Shown: piece by piece, positions 49,339-59,701 of the stretch
Layout: the number at the start of each line of letters is the position of its first letter
Position numbering within the stretch: position 1 is the first letter of the stretch
Assembly: GCA_965217775.1 (NCBI GenBank)
Contig: CBDCJH010000002.1
Span: forward strand, 2,336,001 to 2,400,000
DNA from: Acidobacteriota bacterium
Lineage (GTDB): Bacteria; Acidobacteriota; UBA6911; RPQK01; JAJDTT01
Direction of reading: 5' to 3'
DNA: 64,000 nt
Position numbers and translations under genes: made by a program
The notes under the pieces: model-generated
Told to the model about the DNA's origin: nothing
The model's database searches: none
What the model saw: the letters and a program-made list of their open reading frames with translations, nothing else

Positions 49339-50162
49339 GTACTCAACGCCTTGCGGCATCACTGACTATTGCACCCGTGCTCAAAGGCGGCCCGGAAGTT
49401 ACCCGTGCCGTGCTCAACGCCTTGCGGCATCACTGACTATTGCACGCAGAGAAACGCCAACATCACCGACATCATCAACGAGTGCTCAACGCCTTGCGGC
49501 ATCACTGACTATTGCACCAGACGCAGGCGCGCTCGGATCCAGTACTTTTCGAGTGCTCAACGCCTTGCGGCATCACTGACTATTGCACCTGCACCTGCGG
49601 ATCGAACAGTTCTCCGATCGGTTGTGCTCAACGCCTTGCGGCATCACTGACTATTGCACGTTGGCCGCCCAGATGGTCCAGAGCAACTCGAGCTAGTGCT
49701 CAACGCCTTGCGGCATCACTGACTATTGCACCCGGAAACCGACGCTGGGAACGACTGGATTGATGAGGTGCTCAACGCCTTGCGGCATCACTGACTATTG
49801 CACACGCGGAGTCGTCGCCTATCTCCGGCTGATTGAAAGGTGCTCAACGCCTTGCGGCATCACTGACTATTGCACTCCTCACTTTCGCCGAGCTGGGTGG
49901 AGGACAGTCGAGGTGCTCAACGCCTTGCGGCATCACTGACTATTGCACTCCTCACTTTCGCCGAGCTGGGTGGAGGACAGTCGAGGTGCTCAACGCCTTG
50001 CGGCATCACTGACTATTGCACTCGAGGACGGACGCGACTGCCTCGGCGACGTCCAGTGCTCAACGCCTTGCGGCATCACTGACTATTGCACACGGCCCAG
50101 CGGTCGGTCGAGGGCGGGATCAACATGTGCTCAACGCCTTGCGGCATCACTGACTATTGCAC
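49339..50162 (-). CRISPR. Type I-B (MYXAN) CRISPR array: 12 repeats, 11 spacers
   Basis: 36-bp repeat GTGCAATAGTCAGTGATGCCGCAAGGCGTTGAGCAC (minus strand); spacers 34-37 bp; the distal repeat at 49339 has one mismatch; leader lies on the cas2 side. Confidence 0.98.
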
Positions 50163-50414
50163 AGCATGTCTGTAATCGATTGACTCTATTGGACAAATAG
50201 GCTGGCGTGTCATGTATCTCCTTGGATCTCGGGTCGCCCATGCTCGATTCATGCTTCCCCACCATCGAAGTGCTTTTGTTGCACCACTTATGCACTGACA
50301 AGCACTTCAGAGACTACTGAAATTCCAAAAATCGTTGAAATTGCTTGCGATCTCCCGCCGTTATCCTTCGTCCGCCTTGGTCCATTCGGTAGTGCTTGCC
50401 ATCACGCAACCACG
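50163..50414 (-). promoter_or_regulatory. CRISPR leader
   Basis: Non-coding, relatively AT-rich segment between the cas2 stop and the first perfect repeat. Confidence 0.7.
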
Positions 50415-50699
50415 TTAAACGATGTCAAAGCGCTGCGGGGAGTCGTCCCACGTTCTGTTTCCAGGCCTCTCTACGATCTTGCAGCGCGGTGAGAGCCGGA
50501 TCACGAGCAGATCGTCTTCCTCCTCCATTGCCATCTCCAATTGGTGCCGAGCTTGTTCCATCTGTACCCGTGTCAAACGACATCGGAACAACGAATACTG
50601 CAACCGTTCTCCATAGCCATTGACAATCCTATGCACGCGACGCCACCGTTTCGGATCACGGATGTCATAGCTGAAGAGATACCAGTGACGTTCACTCAT
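50415..50699 (-). CDS. cas2: Cas2
   Basis: MSERHWYLFSYDIRDPKRWRRV...YGERLQYSLF; ATGA overlap with cas1. Confidence 0.95.
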   Translation of the reverse strand: MSERHWYLFSYDIRDPKRWRRVHRIVNGYGERLQYSLFRCRLTRVQMEQARHQLEMAMEEEDDLLVIRLSPRCKIVERPGNRTWDDSPQRFDIV

Positions 50700-52336
50700 C
50701 CGCGCAGGCGCATCCGGGCGAACAGACCTTCCTCGCCACTCCATTCCTTTTCCAGCAGCCGTGCCTCCAACTCGATGGAGCGAGCGTAGCTCAAGGAGTA
50801 CTTCAACACGGGATGCTTCCAAGTTTCTTGCTTGCGTTTTTCAAAGAGTCGTATGGCCAGCCGTTTACCCTCATCCGAAAGCCAAACCCGTTTCTTGCTT
50901 ACCTGGAGATGTTGGTCAGTCCATTGCCGCCGGTTGATGGACGCCACCAACGGCATATCCCACAGCGTGGTCCGAAACAGCTCCATCAAGTCCAACACGA
51001 GGGGGTGAGCGGCACTCCGGGGCGCATGGAAGAAACCGATCGTGGAATCCAATCCCACGGCGATGATCGCGCCCATGACCTCACGGTACAGCAGGCCATA
51101 GCCGAATGAGAGGGCAGAATTGAACCCATCACGAGGCGGCCGCCGACTGCGCTGGGAGAACACCATCAATTCCTCCTGAGGGGACAACAGCAGGGCGAGA
51201 GCCGAAAAATAGTTGCGCGCCGCAATGCCTTCACAACCACGCAAGGCACCAGCGTTGGCACAATGCTGTACTTGTCGGAGCTGTGCGCGTATGGCGATCA
51301 GGGATTTTCTCGCCTCATCTCTTACGCCACGGACGCGAGAATGTCGGATAATGAACCGCAACTGGTTTTCGATTTTGGCTTTCGCCAGACGGCGCGCCAA
51401 GCGCAGGCACAATTCCTTGTTCTGCAATGCCCGGTACTGTCGGAGACGGCGGTGAGTGCCCGCAGGCGGGGCCACGCCGCCGACGTACCAGCCGCCACCG
51501 CTGATCCAGTGGACGCCAATATCGTTGGCGGCGGAGAAGTGGATAGCCTGCGATGTGATTTGTGCGTTACCGTGCAAGATGACGGCTCCGACATCCATGC
51601 CGGGAAACTTCTTTTCCTCTCCGTCCAGCTTGCGCACGACGAGCTGCAAGCCGGAACGTCTGACCTGCGCCCCATGATCCACGATGTGCAGCACCCGGCG
51701 AGCGTCGTCCTTCGGAAAGAGGCGGCGGGGCTTCGAGATGGGGTCCAATGCTTCGGCCTCGCTGGCCGCAGCAGCCAAGCGTGACTCTTCCGGGAGGCAG
51801 ACCGGAGCGAGCGAACACTTGGCGCACAAATTCTCGTTGCTCGTCACCGGCGGACGCTCCAGGGAAGCCGACAATTCCCGGGCGCGAGCCACCGCGCGTC
51901 GCAATCGCTCCCGGGCCGCGTCATCGATGACGACACGCACCGTCGTATTGCTGGCGTGGTATCGGATGCGTCCCTCGGAAACCGGCCTCCCGAAATGTTC
52001 GGAAAGGAGCTCGGCGTAGGCCGTCACCTGGATTTTGTCCGTTTCCCACGCATCATTCCCTTTCGAGCGTCCTTTCTTGTGTTCGACGGCGATGAACTTT
52101 CCGTCGCGATAGCGAGCGAAGTCCACCTTGCCCCGAATACCCCAGGTGTCACTCGAAAGCTCCAGGCTCCGCCATTCCCGATTCTTATCTACTTCTGAGT
52201 CATGCAGGGTACGCCCGGCGTGCACGCGGTGGTCGGCTACACGAATTTCTTCCACTTCCTCCAGATAGAACAGGCGCTCGCAATACGCGAGTGCATGCAA
52301 CGCCATGACACGAATGGGCATTTTGGTGTCACTCAC
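50696..52336 (-). CDS. cas1: Cas4-Cas1 fusion (MYXAN type)
   Basis: Cas4: HALAYCERLFY, GKVD, VEHKKG, CAKCSLAPVC. Cas1: LRGCEGIAARNYF, RSRRPPRD.FNSALSFGY, GFFH, LDLMELFR. Confidence 0.95.
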   Translation of the reverse strand: MSDTKMPIRVMALHALAYCERLFYLEEVEEIRVADHRVHAGRTLHDSEVDKNREWRSLELSSDTWGIRGKVDFARYRDGKFIAVEHKKGRSKGNDAWETDKIQVTAYAELLSEHFGRPVSEGRIRYHASNTTVRVVIDDAARERLRRAVARARELSASLERPPVTSNENLCAKCSLAPVCLPEESRLAAAASEAEALDPISKPRRLFPKDDARRVLHIVDHGAQVRRSGLQLVVRKLDGEEKKFPGMDVGAVILHGNAQITSQAIHFSAANDIGVHWISGGGWYVGGVAPPAGTHRRLRQYRALQNKELCLRLARRLAKAKIENQLRFIIRHSRVRGVRDEARKSLIAIRAQLRQVQHCANAGALRGCEGIAARNYFSALALLLSPQEELMVFSQRSRRPPRDGFNSALSFGYGLLYREVMGAIIAVGLDSTIGFFHAPRSAAHPLVLDLMELFRTTLWDMPLVASINRRQWTDQHLQVSKKRVWLSDEGKRLAIRLFEKRKQETWKHPVLKYSLSYARSIELEARLLEKEWSGEEGLFARMRLRG

Positions 52337-53013
52337 TACTTTCTTGTTATTCTCCTCCGATGCTTCCGACCGTTGGCTAGATCCGGAGGCTCAATCCGGG
52401 GAAGTTGTGCTCTATCAGGAGGTGCCAGCGACACTGTTCGCAGATCCCCAGTTACAAACCGGGTCCCTTTGGAACCGACATGGTCCACCCAAACCGGGAG
52501 AGTGATTCGCCCCTGATCGGAGCAAATAAATAATGATCCCGACTCACTACTTCCGTAAAAGAGAGAAACTTCATCGACAAGATGGGTGCTCTCGCCAAAA
52601 GACAGTCCACCAAATCGCTGAACGGCTTCAGGACACTTTAGAGCACATTCTACCCTCTGCTCCAAAAAGGGGCTCTTCGCTCTTTCGTCTGTCGAGTCCA
52701 ACCACAATATGAGCCGAACGTTCGTGAGTAATTCCTGTTGCCCGGGAGTTCGATTATTGCCAACGCCCATCGGAAAACGTTTGATCTTAATTCTCCATAA
52801 TGTTCGAAGCACAGTGCTTCTGGCAGGAGTTCCGACAAGAACAGGAGAAATCCGGCAACCGACATGGCGGGAGCGGTCTAATTCCCCCACTAGCGACAGG
52901 AGAAATCCATAACAGGTTGACGGAGGTGGTAATGCTTCCGTCTCTAGATACTCTCGAGCCAGACCCCTACGAAAACACGCGACTGGAACCGATACAGATA
53001 TGCCAAGCATCAC
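52336..53013 (-). CDS. cas5: Cas5 (Cmx5/DevS)
   Basis: VPVACFR...REYLET..LPPPSTCYGFLLSLVGE, RFGGLSFGESTHLVD, LPVWVDHVGS. Confidence 0.9.
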   Translation of the reverse strand: MMLGISVSVPVACFRRGLAREYLETEALPPPSTCYGFLLSLVGELDRSRHVGCRISPVLVGTPARSTVLRTLWRIKIKRFPMGVGNNRTPGQQELLTNVRLILWLDSTDERAKSPFLEQRVECALKCPEAVQRFGGLSFGESTHLVDEVSLFYGSSESGSLFICSDQGRITLPVWVDHVGSKGTRFVTGDLRTVSLAPPDRAQLPRIEPPDLANGRKHRRRITRK

Positions 53014-53014
53014 C

Positions 53015-53911
53015 CTAAACTTTCAGTCTTTCAGCAACAGCTTGGCCTGTTTTCCGTACTCCAAGGAAAACCTCAGCTCCTCTATCTTTCAACCGTTGGG
53101 CTGTCGAAGTTGTAGCAAAGCCACCACCGATAAAAAGTTCCGTGGCTTGGATATCTTCGGCCCTAACCCGTTCAAGTAAAACTGGAGCATCAACCCTTCG
53201 GCCTTTTTCTTCAAAAATATAGAGAAGTCGTGGTGCTGGATCATGAGTCAATCGAAATATCACACTCTCCGGTGAAAAATCGAAGAGAAACCGACCATGA
53301 TTTCCTGCGACCTCTGCCAGCTCGCAGAGGGCCATAATGGCCATTCTCGCTCTGTTTTTCTCCCGGAGGCGTTCCGGTGTCATTGCAATACCGTATTGAT
53401 AGCGTGTCGCATGGAGCTCAGTGCCGTAGGGAACAGGATTAACCCCTCTTTTTGCAGCACTCGGGGTTGCTCCAGGGCTGGCCGCGTTAAAAGTCAAATC
53501 ACCTGACCACGGAACCAGAGAAATTGCCCGTGTCATTTCTAGCACCGCACGGCGAACGGTTACACTTCCGGCTTGTCCTTCTTGCCTTGCGGCTTCGGCA
53601 GTCATATATCCAAGTAGGTCATCATCAATATAAGTCTCCCCGTCATTACTTGCCCACCCTTTGAATTGCTGATCCTGCCAAGTGTTTGTCCCCGTCACGT
53701 CATCCCATTTTCTGTTCGTGCCTCTATCCGGTTCACATCCAGTCAGCCGACGTCGTAGAGCAAAGCGAATAGCCTCGGCGCTAACTGTCGTATGTACCTG
53801 ACCATGCCAGAGCAATTTCTGGAGAGTTGTCACATTTCCATCAGTTTCTCCACGGTTATTCGCAGCCGTTCCGTGGTGGGTAACGATCGCAGCAAAAAGA
53901 TGTTGACTCAT
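53015..53911 (-). CDS. cas7: Cas7 (Cst2/DevR)
   Basis: AANNRGE..GN.TTLQK, TVSAEAIRFALR, YIDDDLLGYM, E.HATRYQY, VAGNH.RFL.DFSP. Confidence 0.9.
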   Translation of the reverse strand: MSQHLFAAIVTHHGTAANNRGETDGNVTTLQKLLWHGQVHTTVSAEAIRFALRRRLTGCEPDRGTNRKWDDVTGTNTWQDQQFKGWASNDGETYIDDDLLGYMTAEAARQEGQAGSVTVRRAVLEMTRAISLVPWSGDLTFNAASPGATPSAAKRGVNPVPYGTELHATRYQYGIAMTPERLREKNRARMAIMALCELAEVAGNHGRFLFDFSPESVIFRLTHDPAPRLLYIFEEKGRRVDAPVLLERVRAEDIQATELFIGGGFATTSTAQRLKDRGAEVFLGVRKTGQAVAERLKV

Positions 53912-55485
53912 ATTTGTTCCTCCGTTTCGTCGCGTAACTCAGACTCAGCCAGATCAATATCTTCCTGTTTCTTTCCCTTGTAACAGGCCAGTGCAATCAA
54001 TGATAGGTCTCGCGCAAGCTGCCATCTTTCATTGCTCAGCATTGGGATAACTTGCCGCCAATTCTCTCTTAGCACATTATTTGATCCGGCCCGACTCCAA
54101 AGGTCGGCAAGAGCATGTCTTAGTGCATCGGCGGTCTTTGCTCCCATGAATGCAAGGCGTTGTCTCTCGTACTCCCTACGCATACGGTTCTTCATCGCCG
54201 CTGGCCTTCCGGTATTCTCAGCGGCAATGCGCCCATACCGACACCGCATAGCCTCGTGGACGGCGAGAACGACTGTTGTCTCCCCGGGGTTATCCCAGAT
54301 AGTTTCTTGCATCATAGTGTGTAGTCCTCCTCTCTCGTATTTCAGGGAATCACGAATAGGCTTCGGTTTCTTCATCGATACATCTTTCGCTGTCATAAGA
54401 CGAGTAAACCCACTGTACCAAGGAAGCCCAGCTACAAGGTTATCGGCGACCAGTGGTCGCACATGACTCTTCGCCCAGAAGCCCCCACCATCCTCTCTGG
54501 TCTTTCGGCTTTTCGGAGGGAAACAGCGCATTGCGATCTCGAATTGGTCAAGCGCAGTATCGGTTGTTCCAGTGCTAACATCCGTTACAATTGAAGGAGG
54601 TTGTAGGCGTGAATTCCAATCGTTGGGACAACACCAGACACAGCGAAGTGACGAAATAGATTCATCAACAAGCAGGTTTGTGCTGCGCAATCGTAGTTCT
54701 GCCTGGAGAGCAGCGTCTGCTAGATTGGCGATTTGGCAATCTCGGACCGTGCGCGGGCACAATCCTGGCAGTATGTACTGCACTTCCGAGAGGCTATTAA
54801 AATTTGGTATAAGTAAGGCTGCCCCGGGTTTATATCTCCTTCCACCTCGACTATTAACCTTTTTCCCGCCTGCCCTCAAAGCGAACACCCCAATTGGCGC
54901 AAACAGGAGGGGAAGAAGAAGCTGTGCCGATTGAGTTGCCTGACTATTCTTATACGCAGCGTGCCTTTGTACTGCTCCCGGAAATAGCATTCGTGTTAGC
55001 CCTACTTCGCTTTGCAGGCCCTTGATCATAAGCTTGCTTCCGTCTCGCTGATGCTTGTACCACGATAGAGGCAGGTAGCGGTAAGAAACCGTAAGTTCGT
55101 CAACTTCGTAGGTTTTTTCAACTGCTGGCCCGCTCCCTCTTGACTTGGGTCCATGGTCATAAAGACTTAGCAACAGTCCTTCCTGCAACGCTGCCCGTAC
55201 TTCGAGAGGTGGAGGATTTGGTCCATGCTGTCCTGGCAGATAGATAAGCCCCTCTTGGATCTGATAGGCAAGACTGAACAATCGATCAAAAAATGGCTTA
55301 GCCCCCACCATTTCATTCCATTTGAGGGTCACGGATCGTTCATCGATGGTCCATTGACCTGGTGGACCTTCCATATCTGAGAGATTATTTTCGATCCAGC
55401 GCAACGTACTGACCAGCCCTCCCACCCCAGCTCTGTGGAAAGCGGTCATACCAGGCTCGAACAGATCACATTTCAGCGATTCCAT
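53908..55485 (-). CDS. cas8: Cas8 large subunit (MYXAN Cas8a1/Cmx-type)
   Basis: LFEPGMT..HRAGVGGL, LLFAPIG, R.LVADNL..G.PWY, C-terminal W...RDL.L.ALA.Y; lies between cas3 and cas7. Confidence 0.85.
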   Translation of the reverse strand: MESLKCDLFEPGMTAFHRAGVGGLVSTLRWIENNLSDMEGPPGQWTIDERSVTLKWNEMVGAKPFFDRLFSLAYQIQEGLIYLPGQHGPNPPPLEVRAALQEGLLLSLYDHGPKSRGSGPAVEKTYEVDELTVSYRYLPLSWYKHQRDGSKLMIKGLQSEVGLTRMLFPGAVQRHAAYKNSQATQSAQLLLPLLFAPIGVFALRAGGKKVNSRGGRRYKPGAALLIPNFNSLSEVQYILPGLCPRTVRDCQIANLADAALQAELRLRSTNLLVDESISSLRCVWCCPNDWNSRLQPPSIVTDVSTGTTDTALDQFEIAMRCFPPKSRKTREDGGGFWAKSHVRPLVADNLVAGLPWYSGFTRLMTAKDVSMKKPKPIRDSLKYERGGLHTMMQETIWDNPGETTVVLAVHEAMRCRYGRIAAENTGRPAAMKNRMRREYERQRLAFMGAKTADALRHALADLWSRAGSNNVLRENWRQVIPMLSNERWQLARDLSLIALACYKGKKQEDIDLAESELRDETEEQI

Positions 55486-57695
55486 CTGGCACCCCGTTCA
55501 GGATCGTAACTTATGTGTTCAGGAGGTGGCACATAGGCAAAAGCCACCTTGGGCCACTGTTTCCAATCCAGTCCCCTTGGCATGGTCATTGGGATCCGGA
55601 CCCGTACGGGATCTACCTCCCCGCGTCGTACAGCTGCAGCGTCACTCTGCAGTAACACTGTTATTCCTGACATACTATCTCTGAGGTGACGTGGCATTGT
55701 CTCAAATCCGCCATCTATCCACGCACTTTCTATTGGTTGTCGCGGATCTCCTTCGTCTAATGCGCTCCAAGTCCGGCCTAGATCTTGTTGAGACACAGAT
55801 CCCATTCCAAGATGTTCTAGCCATAAACGAGACACATGGAAGGGATCTGGGTGAGCTTGGCTTTTGTACGGTGCAGAACTGTTAGGTTCAATGACGAGGA
55901 ATGGCTTCGGCGGAATTGGATCCTTGGGTGTTGATCGTCGATTGAGACGCCCCAGCCGTTGAATAAGCGGCGCAATCGGTGCCAAGTCCGTAACTAGAAG
56001 GTCTGCTGAAAGATCCAAGCTCATTTCTGCGACTTGTGTCGCAATGGTGAGTACCGGCTGCTCGTCGCGAAAGGCATCAACGATTCGAGCATGCTGGCGG
56101 ACACGATCCTCGTATCGAAATCGGCTATGGTATACGAGTGGTTGGATGCCACGTGCGTGTGCTTTTTCAGCAAACGATAGAGCTCGATTTACAGTATTGG
56201 TGACCCACAAAATTTTCTCGTTGTCCCGGAAGCTTCTTTCTACGACATTCCACGGATCATCGCCGACGAGCCTTTGATAACGGGGGAGTAATTCACGCTC
56301 TATCGGACCAGGAACTGTTTCAAGACTCTCCCCAATAGAACTTAGTGCCTCTACCAGTGCTTTGCGCCGGGCCTGTGGAAGGCTTGCCGTCATCAGGAGG
56401 CAAGGCAGGCCGCGACAAGTCAGGAGAAAGCGAAGTAAACTGGAAAATAAGCGCTCATCGTAAGCATGGATCTCATCAAAAACAAATGCGGCTTTAACTA
56501 ATGCGGGCCACGCGAACATTCCCCTCTTATGATTTTGAGTCAGACCGAGCACGGTATCCACTGTACAGCTCGTAATGTAGGTAGACCATGCCTCAAGCGC
56601 AGCAAGTGGATCAGAATGTTCCCCATCTTCGTCAACACCTAGAATCTCCAAGTCCACAGCGGCTCGGCCATGAATTAGTCGGGCGTTTAACGCGGGATCT
56701 ATCAAATAGTCACGGAATCCTTCGGTTGCGGTTCCCGTTGTAGGATAAGCGAAAAAGAGACATTTTCCCGGAGCGCGTTGCGCAGCCCAGACATATGCGC
56801 CCAGAGTCTTCCCACTGCCACAGCCAGCCTCAGCGAGGACAATACGCGCTGTTGTTTTGCCAAGCGCTTGTTGAAAGGGCCTCAGCGGCAGCCCCTGCAA
56901 ACGTCCACAAACAATTTGTTGTAGTTGATCTGGGCTTAGATTTTGTCTGAAGACGCTCTGTATCCACCGGGAGATCTTTCTCCCCTCTCTCGGCAGCGCG
57001 GACCCTGCGACATCGGAAGCAATAACACAAGCTTTCACAGCTGCAAGAAACCTGCGTTTCTCATCGTTACATGAGTGCCAGAAGATCCCGGCTTTGATAT
57101 GTGCCATTTTCAAGAGGTGATGGGGAGACTCGGTTCCAACAAGTTTCCACGATAAATCAGTTACAGAAGGTGGCTCTTCAAGTTTTAGCTGTGTGGTGCC
57201 AATAGAGAGCGTACTTTGAAAATCGGAATGTCCTAGTAATAAAGGTAGCCATATTCCTGTACCAGGAGAGGGCTCTCCAGGAGGAAACTTCCGATGGTGT
57301 CCAGCAACCGACCAGAGCAAAAATTGTAGGTCTTCAGGTTCCTTCAGAGCTGCGGATAGCCATCTGTGCAGTGCTGTCCCTTGTAAAATCAGTAGCGATA
57401 GAGCTTCATGGCGAATTGCTTGGTGATGCTGAAGTTGATGTCTGACCATCGCCTGAAACTGTTCATTCGCCTTACCAAAATCATGGCAAAAAGCTGCAAG
57501 GAGAACGGTTCGCCGAAAACGTTCTTCCCACGTTCCTACGGATAGACCTACAGCCGATAGTTGAGCTCTGGCAGTTTCATCTAACAAAGTCTGAGCCGCA
57601 GCCATGACGTTTTCGGTATGGCCGGGTAGCGTTTCAGCTCCACGGGGCGCATCTGGATGCTTACTATTCTTTGCCAGAAGCCTTTTGAAGGTCAC
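55473..57695 (-). CDS. cas3: Cas3 HD nuclease-helicase
   Basis: TLPGHT, CHDFGKAN, VAGHH, AGCGSGKT, FDEIH, MTAS, YHSRF, ATQVAEMSLD, QRLGRLNR. Confidence 0.95.
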   Translation of the reverse strand: MTFKRLLAKNSKHPDAPRGAETLPGHTENVMAAAQTLLDETARAQLSAVGLSVGTWEERFRRTVLLAAFCHDFGKANEQFQAMVRHQLQHHQAIRHEALSLLILQGTALHRWLSAALKEPEDLQFLLWSVAGHHRKFPPGEPSPGTGIWLPLLLGHSDFQSTLSIGTTQLKLEEPPSVTDLSWKLVGTESPHHLLKMAHIKAGIFWHSCNDEKRRFLAAVKACVIASDVAGSALPREGRKISRWIQSVFRQNLSPDQLQQIVCGRLQGLPLRPFQQALGKTTARIVLAEAGCGSGKTLGAYVWAAQRAPGKCLFFAYPTTGTATEGFRDYLIDPALNARLIHGRAAVDLEILGVDEDGEHSDPLAALEAWSTYITSCTVDTVLGLTQNHKRGMFAWPALVKAAFVFDEIHAYDERLFSSLLRFLLTCRGLPCLLMTASLPQARRKALVEALSSIGESLETVPGPIERELLPRYQRLVGDDPWNVVERSFRDNEKILWVTNTVNRALSFAEKAHARGIQPLVYHSRFRYEDRVRQHARIVDAFRDEQPVLTIATQVAEMSLDLSADLLVTDLAPIAPLIQRLGRLNRRSTPKDPIPPKPFLVIEPNSSAPYKSQAHPDPFHVSRLWLEHLGMGSVSQQDLGRTWSALDEGDPRQPIESAWIDGGFETMPRHLRDSMSGITVLLQSDAAAVRRGEVDPVRVRIPMTMPRGLDWKQWPKVAFAYVPPPEHISYDPERGARWNR

Positions 57696-58339
57696 CGCTT
57701 CAGAGCCCTCGCGACGGGTACAAAAACCCCACCTCCCATCCGGCGACGCCCTCCCAGGCCGAGTTCCTGCAACCGGATGGATTCCTCGGCGAGTAATTCC
57801 GTCGCCAGCATGGCGTAACCCACAATGCGCTTGCCCCTCAGGCGCACGACACGGCGACTGGGATCGCGGTGACCGCTTCCCGCACGGCCCTGCGGCACGC
57901 GAAGAACCCGGCCGTGTATGCCCAGTGAGGTCAATTGCCGGGCGATCTCAGCGTCGAACCGGACCGGATCATGTCCGTTCTTGGTGGTCACGATCCGACA
58001 ATACAATGTCGCCGCAGGAACTAGTGCGCGGGCCTCGGCAACGCCCACTCGGAGTTTGCATCCGCCCAAGTTGAGACTTTTTCCGGCCAGTTTCAGGGAT
58101 CGCGGCAACAGATCGGACGGCAGGCGGAGCCCAAAGCGAGCATTGCGGCCGATCAGCCGCCTACCGTTCCCGAGGCTCGGCCCGCGAATGGTATGCAGGC
58201 CGATATGCGGGTTACCGTGCATCCAGCGATCGTTTTCGGTCTCCAGTATTCGGGACAGAGCACCGAACAGCGAATAGCCGTGATCGGTAGGTACCTCCGT
58301 TCCGGTGACGCGAAAAAGAATGTCAAGAGTCGGATTCAT
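57692..58339 (-). CDS. cas6: Cas6 (Cmx6)
   Basis: VPTDHGYSLFGALS, LAGKSL, S..LQ..GLGGRRRMGGGVF G-rich loop. Confidence 0.9.
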   Translation of the reverse strand: MNPTLDILFRVTGTEVPTDHGYSLFGALSRILETENDRWMHGNPHIGLHTIRGPSLGNGRRLIGRNARFGLRLPSDLLPRSLKLAGKSLNLGGCKLRVGVAEARALVPAATLYCRIVTTKNGHDPVRFDAEIARQLTSLGIHGRVLRVPQGRAGSGHRDPSRRVVRLRGKRIVGYAMLATELLAEESIRLQELGLGGRRRMGGGVFVPVARALKR

Positions 58340-58472
58340 ATCAAGGAAATTTCAATCGTTTTAGGAACGGAAATCTTTAGCCAGCCTGACTGCAATATCC
58401 CATTTTTTTGCTGTGGAGCGCTGACTAATCAGAATAGCGAACATAGGTGACACAAAAGAGGCGTTCTTCGGC

Positions 58473-59701
58473 GGGTGCACGACACGAAAGTGGCGCTGGA
58501 GGTGAAGTTCAGGCAACGTCAGGGATTGGGCACGCTCCTCGCTGACAGTTATAGTAACTGTCAGCGAGGAGCGTGCCCATGTCCCCAGACCTTTCCCCTC
58601 AGCTCCAACTCCAACGACGACGCCAGCAGTTATTGCAGGCCTTGCTCGAACTCGGCGATCTCCGGCCTGGGTCTCTAGTGGCCCGTTACCGCCATTGTGG
58701 CAAGCCCAACTGTCACTGCGCCTAGCCCGGCGACCGGGGCCACGGGCCCAGTTTCTCCTTGACCCGTCGCGTGGCGGGCAAGACCGTGACCAAGATCATT
58801 CCCCCGGGGCCAGCCGTCCAACGGACTCGAGAGCAGATCGACGAGTATCGCCGATTGCGGAGCTTGGTGAAGGAGTTGGTGGAGGTCAGCGAGCAAATTT
58901 GTCAGGCCAAGCTGGACGCCTCTCCGGCCCGGACGGGCCAAAAAAAGGGCTCCAAAAAACGCTGGCCCAAGAAATCCAGCGAGAAGTCCGGACCCTGATG
59001 GGACCCGCGGCCGCCGCCGCCCTGGACTTTGAAGCGCTGGAGACAGCCCTCCGGCGTCAAGTTCTCGAGCTGGCGGCCCGGACGGTGGAAACGCATCTGA
59101 ACCAGGATCATTCCGACGCCACTCCCAGCCATAACTGCTCCTATGGAGGGAGCGCGCGCTACGCGGGTCGGCGGACCAAACAGTTCGTCACCGTGCTGGG
59201 ACCGATGCGATTGGCGCGCGCCCACTATCACTGTGGGGATTGCGGCCATGGCTTCTGTCCCCGAGATCGAGCGCTGGGACTGGAGGGGAGTTCTTTGTCT
59301 CCCGCGCTGATGCGGATGGTGGGGGCAGTTGCCTCCATGGTCAGCTTTCAGGAAAGCAGTCAGTTGTTGGAGGAGTTGGCCGGAGTGGACGTAGGAACCA
59401 AACAGGTGCAGCGGTCGGCCCAGGCTCTGGGAGAGCAAGTCGCGGGCTATGAGCGCCAGACCCGGGAGCCCGACTCGGGGCTCCCCTTGCCCGCGACCCT
59501 CTATCTGGGCTTGGACGGCACCGGCGTGCCGATGCGATCGACCGAGGTTCAGGGGCGGGCGGGCAAACAACCCGACGGGTCGGCCCGAACCCGGGAAGCC
59601 AAGCTCTGTACGGTCTGGAGTGCCGAGCGACGGGACGCGGAGGGTCGGCCCCAGCGCGACCCGGGCTCGGTCACTTACACCGCGGCCATCGAGAGCGCGG
59701 C
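58473..59701 (+). mobile_element. ISKra4-family element, 3' truncated
   Basis: Left end GGGTGCACGAC; DUF6788-like orf followed by a DDE transposase frame (RAHYHC..CGHG.CP.D..L, LYLGLDGTGVP, TREAK) that is cut after IESAA. Confidence 0.75.
58579..58998 (+). pseudogene. DUF6788-like accessory orf of the ISKra4 element, with premature TAG
   Basis: LGDLRPGSL..RYRHCGKPNCHCA*...GHGP...GKTVT; TAG at 58723-58725. Confidence 0.7.

Noticed and set aside
49375-49409. Spacer beginning CCGTGCTCAAAGG, resembling the repeat end
   Set aside because: Only an 8-bp match and normal spacer length; plausible by chance.
49152-50200. Short ORFs across the array (AQRLAASLTIA / CSTPCGITDYC repeats)
   Set aside because: These are translations of the CRISPR repeats.
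58340-58472. CreA/CreR-like mini-array, or a spacer target, in the cas6 promoter
   Set aside because: No repeat-like sequence or convincing seed match was found by eye; a computational search could still find one.
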